A DNA stretch of 32,462 nt, from assembly GCA_964349515.1 (NCBI GenBank), contig CAYGHG010000017.1, forward strand, positions 1 to 32,462. Reading direction: 5' to 3'. Source of the stretch: an uncultured Spirochaetia bacterium. GTDB lineage: Bacteria > Oederibacteriota > PGYV01 > CAYGHG01. Numbering within the stretch: position 1 is the first letter of the stretch; each line of letters starts with the position of its first letter. A program made the translations under genes and the position numbers. Shown here in pieces: positions 18,168-23,931 of the stretch. Under the pieces are notes generated by a model, which saw only the letters and a list, made by a program, of their open reading frames with translations, did no database searches and had not been told where the DNA came from.

Positions 18168-18635
18168 ATGGAAAAAATTAAAGCTGTTTTAAGCAACAAA
18201 TATTTACTCGCGGCGTGCAGGATCTCAATAGGCGCGGTATTTGTACTCGCCAGTGTGGGGAAGATTCTCTTTCCTCATGAATTTGCGAGGGATGTTTACT
18301 CGTATATGCTGATGCCGGCTTTTGTTGTGCCTGCGTTTGCGGCCATACTGCCTTGGATAGAGTTTGCTTCCGGGCTCCTGCTTTTGGCAGACATAAAACC
18401 TAAGAGTTCGGCGGTGCTGGTTATGGGGCTGTTGTTGATGTTTATTGCGGCCATACTCTGGACAGTTGCAAACGGAATAGAGATTTCCTGCGGTTGTTTT
18501 GACATACTGTTTCCCGGGGAGAAAGCAGGCTGGTCAACAATTATCAGGGATGTGGTCATGATGGCAGTTATTGCGCCTGTGATGTTTTTTGACCACAATG
18601 ACGTAAGGATATACGGGCTGATTAATAAAAAATGA
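18168..18635 (+). CDS. MauE/DoxX-like membrane protein with the conserved CGCF motif.
   Basis: Four TM helices. Motif EISCGCFDILFPG is typical of MauE-family proteins, which are often fused or adjacent to rhodanese. ATG at 18168 is preferred (RBS AAGAGGTAGG) to the GTG at 18162. Confidence 0.7.
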   Translation: MEKIKAVLSNKYLLAACRISIGAVFVLASVGKILFPHEFARDVYSYMLMPAFVVPAFAAILPWIEFASGLLLLADIKPKSSAVLVMGLLLMFIAAILWTVANGIEISCGCFDILFPGEKAGWSTIIRDVVMMAVIAPVMFFDHNDVRIYGLINKK

Positions 18636-18674
18636 TTAAGCGGTTTATTCACCGTAAACCGGGGAGACAGTGTA

Positions 18675-19985
18675 ATGGGTAAAGCAAAGCCTTTGATGTC
18701 GATCGCGCGCAGTTATTTTGAGCAGGACCCGATAGCTGCCACACGGGCGCTGGAGGCCATGAGCGACGAAGACGTGATATCAGTGCTGCGCAGCCTTCCG
18801 CTGGCTGTTTCCATAGAGGCTTTCTGGCACATGAATGCCGCGAGAGCCGCAACTCTTCTGACATCGGTTTCGCCCATTTTGTTTGGCGAGATTGTTTCGC
18901 GCATGCATCCCAGGCAGGTGGCTGCAGTTTTTTTCAGCCTGCCGCAGGAAATGCGTCCAAAACTTCTTGAGGGGCTGTCTGATAAGAGCAGGGCTCAGGT
19001 AAAAGAATACCTTACGTTTCCCTTAAACAGCGCCGGGCGGATAATGTCCACTGAATTCATTTCGCTGCGCGGCGACCTGAAGGTTAAGGAAGCGGTAAGA
19101 AAAATCAGGCAGATGTCAAAAAAGAAAGTACCTTCATCATATATCTATGTTGTGGATGATTCGAATCATCTTATCGGGGTTATAAACATGCGCGATATGA
19201 TGCTTGCTTCCGGAAACCAGCTGCTATCGGAGGTGATGCATAAGGAGGTTTTTTCCGTCAATTCCTTTATGGACGGGGAAGAGGTGGCAAACCAGATGTC
19301 TGACCGCAGATTTTTTGCCGTGCCTGTGGTGGATGCGGAAAACAGGCTTCTGGGTATCGTACATTCGCAGACGCTGCTTGAGCATGTACAGGAAGGGGCG
19401 GCCGAAGACATTCAGAAAATGTTCGGTGCCGGCGGAGATGAGACTCCTTTTTCAACAGTGGCTTTTTCCGTAAAAAAAAGGCTGCCATGGCTCCATATAA
19501 ATCTTTTAACAGCATTCATGGCTGCTTTTGTTGTGTCGTTTTTTGAAGACATAATCGCAAAAGTTACCATACTGGCAGTTTTTCTTCCCGTGGTGGCCGG
19601 ACAGGGCGGAAACGCAGGAGCCCAGTCCCTTGCCGTGGTAATGCGAGGGCTTGTCATGAGGGAGATACCGAAAGAAAAAGCCGGAAAGATGATTTTAAAG
19701 GAAACCATGACCGGATTGGTGAACGGCATTATTATAGGCGCTGTAACTGCCGGTGTGGCCTATTTATGGCACGGGAACCCGTGGCTTGGCCTTGTAATAG
19801 GCCTTGCAATGGTTGCCACGCTTGTAATTGCAGGCCTGTCGGGAGCGGCAATACCCATGATAATGAAGGGGCTTGGTTTTGATCCCGCGCAGTCATCAAA
19901 CATAATACTGACCACCATAACTGATATTACGGGATTTTTTGCTTTTCTGGGGCTTGCGGTAGTGTTCAAAAATTTTCTTATCTGA
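18675..19985 (+). CDS. mgtE: Magnesium transporter MgtE (MgtE-N domain + tandem CBS + 5-TM channel).
   Basis: Two CBS motifs. Channel signature AGQGGNAGAQSLAVVMRGL and a C-terminal TM bundle. Confidence 0.9.
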   Translation: MGKAKPLMSIARSYFEQDPIAATRALEAMSDEDVISVLRSLPLAVSIEAFWHMNAARAATLLTSVSPILFGEIVSRMHPRQVAAVFFSLPQEMRPKLLEGLSDKSRAQVKEYLTFPLNSAGRIMSTEFISLRGDLKVKEAVRKIRQMSKKKVPSSYIYVVDDSNHLIGVINMRDMMLASGNQLLSEVMHKEVFSVNSFMDGEEVANQMSDRRFFAVPVVDAENRLLGIVHSQTLLEHVQEGAAEDIQKMFGAGGDETPFSTVAFSVKKRLPWLHINLLTAFMAAFVVSFFEDIIAKVTILAVFLPVVAGQGGNAGAQSLAVVMRGLVMREIPKEKAGKMILKETMTGLVNGIIIGAVTAGVAYLWHGNPWLGLVIGLAMVATLVIAGLSGAAIPMIMKGLGFDPAQSSNIILTTITDITGFFAFLGLAVVFKNFLI

Positions 19986-20114
19986 TTGTTTCGTAATCGA
20001 ACGCAGACGTACCATATTGAGACCCGCCTTGAGCAAATAATAGCAATAACAATTATTTTTTTGCGGCATAGTAATTGCTCTTACATTCACAAAAAATAAT
20101 AGGAGGCGGTAAAA

Positions 20115-22661
20115 ATGATAAATCCGGAAAAACTTACAATTAAGGCTCAGGAGGCATTGAACAGTGCGCATTCGATTGCTTCTGAAAATTCCAACCAGCA
20201 GATAATGCCTGTGCATGTGCTGTTGGCAATGCTGGGTGATGAGGCGGGATTGATAAGAGCAATAGCGGAAAAAGCCGGGGTTTCTTCCTCGAAACTTAAG
20301 GCTGCCGCTGAAAAGGAAGTGTCCGGGCTGCCAAAAGTATCCGGTACTGCTGAGGTTTACATTTCACAGGAGACTGCGGGTATGCTGGAGGCTGCTTCCA
20401 AAAAGGCAAAAGAGATGAAGGATGAGTTTATCAACACAGAACATTTTTTGCTTGCAATGTCAGAACTTGGCGCGGTTAAGGAAGCCGGTCTCTCGGCGAA
20501 ACTGCTGCTGAAAGCACTGGCTGAAATCCGGGGCGGGCATCAGGTAACGGACCGCTCGCCTGAGGAAAAATACAGGGCGCTGAAAAAATACGGCAAGGAT
20601 TTGGTGGAGCTCGCTGAGAATAACAAACTGGACCCTGTGATAGGCCGGGACGCTGAAATCCGGCGTGTCATGCAGGTGTTATCCAGGCGGACAAAGAACA
20701 ACCCTGTGTTAATCGGAGAGGCAGGGGTGGGAAAGACCGCGGTAGCGGAGGGCGTCGCGATACGAATTCACAAAGGGGATGTGCCGGATAACCTTAGAAA
20801 CAAAAGAATCATCGCGCTTGACATGGGCGCGCTGGTAGCCGGCGCAAAATTCAGGGGGGAGTTTGAAGAGCGGCTTAAAGCCGTGCTCAAGGAAGCATCG
20901 GATGCAGACGGAAAAATAATTCTGTTCATAGACGAAATGCACCTGCTGGTAGGCGCGGGAAAAACTGAGGGCGCGATGGATGCGGCAAATCTGCTGAAAC
21001 CCGCGCTGTCGCGCGGCGAGCTGCAGGCAATAGGCGCGACCACGCTTAATGAATACAGGCTTCACATAGAAAAAGATGCCGCACTTGAGCGGCGATTTCA
21101 GCCGGTGCTTGTGGCAGAGCCTTCTGTTGAAGACACCATTTCCATCCTGCGCGGTCTTAAAGAAAGATACGAAGTACACCACGGGGTCAAAATACTTGAT
21201 TCTGCGATTATCGCAGCCGCAAAACTTTCGTCGCGTTACATACAGGGCAGGTTCATGCCTGATAAGGCAATTGACCTGATAGACGAGGCAGCTTCAAAAC
21301 TCAAACTTGAGATAGGTTCAAAACCGTACGAAGTGGACGGCCTGGAAAGAGAAATAGCAAGGCTTGAAACAGAACGAGAGGGCATAAGGCAGGAAAAAAA
21401 CGAAAACAGAGGTTCTGCGAAGCTTAAAGAGATAGAAAAAGAGATATCGAACTTAAAAGGGGAAAAAGATGCCCTTACGGCACGCTGGCTGAAGGAAAAG
21501 GAAGCCATAGAAAAGGTAAGAAGCCTTAAGGGTGAAATAGAACAGCTGAAAGCAGACGGAGAAAGGCATGAGCGTGAGGGGGAGTATGAAAAAGCAGCCA
21601 GAATCAAATACGGCGCTCTTAATGAAAAGGAAAAACAGCTTGCAGAGTCTGAAAAACTGCTTTCTTAAAACGCGGGAGCATCAAGGCTGCTTCAGGAAGA
21701 GGTGACTCCGGAGGAAATAGCAGGCATAGTGTCGTCCTGGACGGGAATTCCTGTTTCGAAAATGCTGGAGGCTGAGAGTGAAAAACTGCTGCACATGGAA
21801 GACGAACTAAAAAAGCGCGTGGCCGGACAGGACAATGCCGTGGCAGTGATATCCAACGGAATCAGGCGCAGCAGGGCGGGCGTTGCAGACTCTTCAAGGC
21901 CGCTCGGCGTGTACATGTTTCTTGGGCCGACAGGCGTAGGAAAGACAGAACTTGCCAAGTCACTTGCGTCATTCCTTTTTGATGATGAAAACTCGCTCGT
22001 GCGCATTGACATGTCCGAGTACATGGAAAAGCACGAAGTCTCAAGGCTTGTAGGAGCGCCCCCGGGATACATAGGGTATGAGGAGGGCGGGCAGCTGACA
22101 GAAAAGGTAAGGCGCAAGCCCTACTCGGTGATACTGCTCGATGAGATCGAAAAGGCGCACCCTGATGTATTTAACATACTGCTTCAGGTATTTGACGACG
22201 GCAGGTTAACCGACGGACAGGGCAGGACCGTAAATTTCAGAAATTCAATAATCATAATGACCTCCAATATTGCCTCGCACCTTCTGGCTGAAAAAATAGC
22301 AGGCGAAGAAGAAATGGAATCAGAATTAAAGAAACACTTCCGGCCGGAGTTCTTAAACAGGATAGACGACATAATCCTGTTCAAACGCCTGGATCGTGCT
22401 GTGATGGAAGGCATAGTTGACATGAGGATGAGCGAGCTTAATGCCCGGCTCGCGGAGCGCGGCATAATGGTGGAGGCTGACGCAGAGGCTAAAAAGCTTC
22501 TTGCCGAAGAAGGCTACGATGAGGTCTATGGCGCAAGGCCGCTGCGTCGTGTAATTCAGCGCCAGGTAGAAAACAAACTCGCATCCCTGCTGCTCGCGGG
22601 GAAAGTAAAAGAAGGAACGAAACTTGTTCTGACCGTGAAAGAAGGCGTCTTGTCCTTTTAA
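20115..22661 (+). pseudogene. clpB: clpB (Hsp100 disaggregase) interrupted by a single in-frame TAA at 21666-21668. The two parts stay in the same frame.
   Basis: First ORF: Clp-N, NBD1 (Walker [10 protein letters not shown]; Walker B ILFIDEMH) and the coiled-coil M-domain. Second ORF continues in frame 0: [23 protein letters not shown]2 [15 protein letters not shown], sensor/arginine-finger GARPLRR. Combined length is about 848 aa, as for a full ClpB. The second part has no credible independent RBS. Confidence 0.8.
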
Positions 22662-22834
22662 CCCCCTTTCCCAAAGGGGGGCAGGGGGGATTTGACTTAA
22701 GCCATAAGCTATAAGCAGTAAGTTAAGTACAAGACAGGAGACAGAAGACAAAAGTTTTAAGACAAGAGACAGAAAATAAGCACAAAACAAACACCCCTCA
22801 CCCGGCCTCTCCCCTGAAAAAGGGGAGAGGGGCA
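22659..22834 (+). repeat. Structured intergenic element, copy 1. Layout: stop-codon-abutting hairpin (CCCCCTTT...AAAGGGGGG), CAGGGGGGATTTGACTTAAG, a purine-rich AAGACA/ATAAG repeat tract, CCCCTCACC, and a second hairpin (CCTCTCCCCT-GAAAA-AGGGGAGAGG).
   Basis: Direct comparison with 23742-23920 shows both terminal modules nearly identical, the same order and the same orientation. Hairpin loops differ while the stems are retained. Confidence 0.7.
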
Positions 22835-22907
22835 ATGAAAATAACATTTTCTTGTTTAAACTTCATTTTAGTAATATAATATTTGCACAAACCTAAAGGA
22901 GGTTTTT

Positions 22908-23744
22908 ATGAAAAAGATTCTTGTTTTGTTTTGCGTTTTGGTATTTGCATCTTCTCTTACCGCTTCGACGGAATCGCTGATCAACGCTGAAGGGAAGGAT
23001 TATAAAATATCTCTTTCAGCGGAGCTCGGGACTGTGTTTGTGGCTTCTCATAAGATACAGTTTGGGGAAACAGGGACTTTGTTTGATTATGTGGAAGACG
23101 GAAACCAGAATGTACTGTTTCCTTTTTCGCGCTACACTGCCGAACTCAGGCTTTTTGACAGGCACGCTGTAGTCTTTCTTTATCAGCCGCTGGAAGTTTT
23201 TACGGAAGCCATAGTTGACCGCGATGTTACGGTATATGACGTGACTTTCCTTGCCGGGACTCCTATGAAACTAAAATATGGATTTACTTTTTACAGGGCG
23301 AGCTATCTATACTACTTCATCAAAGAAAACAACATGGAACTGGGAGCGGGGCTTTCTCTTCAGATCCGCAATGCTTCCATATCATTTGCATCTGCTGACG
23401 GAGAACAGTTTGTAACCTCTCAGAATATAGGGCCCGTGCCTATTATCAAGCTTGCGGGCAAATACACCTTTGACAACGGAATATGGACCGCTCTGGAGGC
23501 TGACGGCTTTTACGCCAACAGCGAATTTTTTAACGGAGCATCGTTCCCGTTCGAGGGCGCGATATGGGACATTAGCGGCCGCGCCGGAATTGAACTTAAA
23601 AACGGCATCAAGCCCTTCATTAATGTAAGATTCCTGGCCGGAGGCGCAAAAGGCACATCGCGCTACGAAGACGCAGAAGGCGACGGTTTTGCCAACAACT
23701 GGCTGAGCACGCTCTCGCTGACGCTCGGGGTTGTTTTAGATTAA
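22908..23744 (+). CDS. Exported hypothetical protein (beta-rich, possible outer-membrane protein).
   Basis: Strong RBS AAAGGAGG. Signal peptide MKKILVLFCVLVFASSLTAS. Alternating amphipathic composition. I recognise no family motif. Confidence 0.6.
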   Translation: MKKILVLFCVLVFASSLTASTESLINAEGKDYKISLSAELGTVFVASHKIQFGETGTLFDYVEDGNQNVLFPFSRYTAELRLFDRHAVVFLYQPLEVFTEAIVDRDVTVYDVTFLAGTPMKLKYGFTFYRASYLYYFIKENNMELGAGLSLQIRNASISFASADGEQFVTSQNIGPVPIIKLAGKYTFDNGIWTALEADGFYANSEFFNGASFPFEGAIWDISGRAGIELKNGIKPFINVRFLAGGAKGTSRYEDAEGDGFANNWLSTLSLTLGVVLD

Positions 23745-23920
23745 CCCCCTTTGCTACGGAAAGGGGGGCAGGGGGGATTTGACTTAAGTTTTATGTTATA
23801 AGTTATAAGCTATAGGCTATAAGTTAAAGGCAAGACAAAAGACAAAAGACAGAAGTAAATACGAATACAAGACAAAAGCCCCTCACCTAAATCCTCTCCC
23901 CTCAGGGGAGAGGAGGATTA
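23742..23920 (+). repeat. Structured intergenic element, copy 2 (same architecture as 22659-22834).
   Basis: Begins at the stop codon of the preceding gene with TTAACCCCCTTT...AAAGGGGGGCAGGGGGGATTTGACTTAAG. It ends with CCCCTCACC...CCTCTCCCCT-C-AGGGGAGAGGAGG just upstream of the next start codon. Confidence 0.7.
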
Positions 23921-23931
23921 GAGGTAATGCG

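Noticed and set aside
18636-18674. An M-box (ykoK) Mg2+ riboswitch was expected upstream of mgtE.
   Set aside because: The intergenic space is only 39 nt (a small 7-bp hairpin plus the RBS), far too short for an M-box of about 160 nt. mgtE here is probably co-transcribed with the upstream cluster or constitutively expressed.
19986-20114. A heat-shock operator (CIRCE TTAGCACTC-N9-GAGTGCTAA, or HAIR) or a sigma32 promoter was expected upstream of clpB.
   Set aside because: Only a weak imperfect repeat (GAGCAAAT...AATTGCTC) is present. There is no CIRCE or HAIR match and no CCCCAT -10, so no call was made.
21666-21668. Selenocysteine or alternative-genetic-code explanation for the in-frame stop in clpB.
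   Set aside because: The codon is TAA, not TGA. TAA also terminates many confidently called genes in this window, so a reassigned code is unlikely.
22700-22800. Purine-rich short repeats (AAGACA / ATAAG) as a possible CRISPR or tandem-repeat array.
   Set aside because: The repeats are degenerate, 5-6 nt long and lack regular spacers. They form the central low-complexity tract of the duplicated intergenic element, not a CRISPR.
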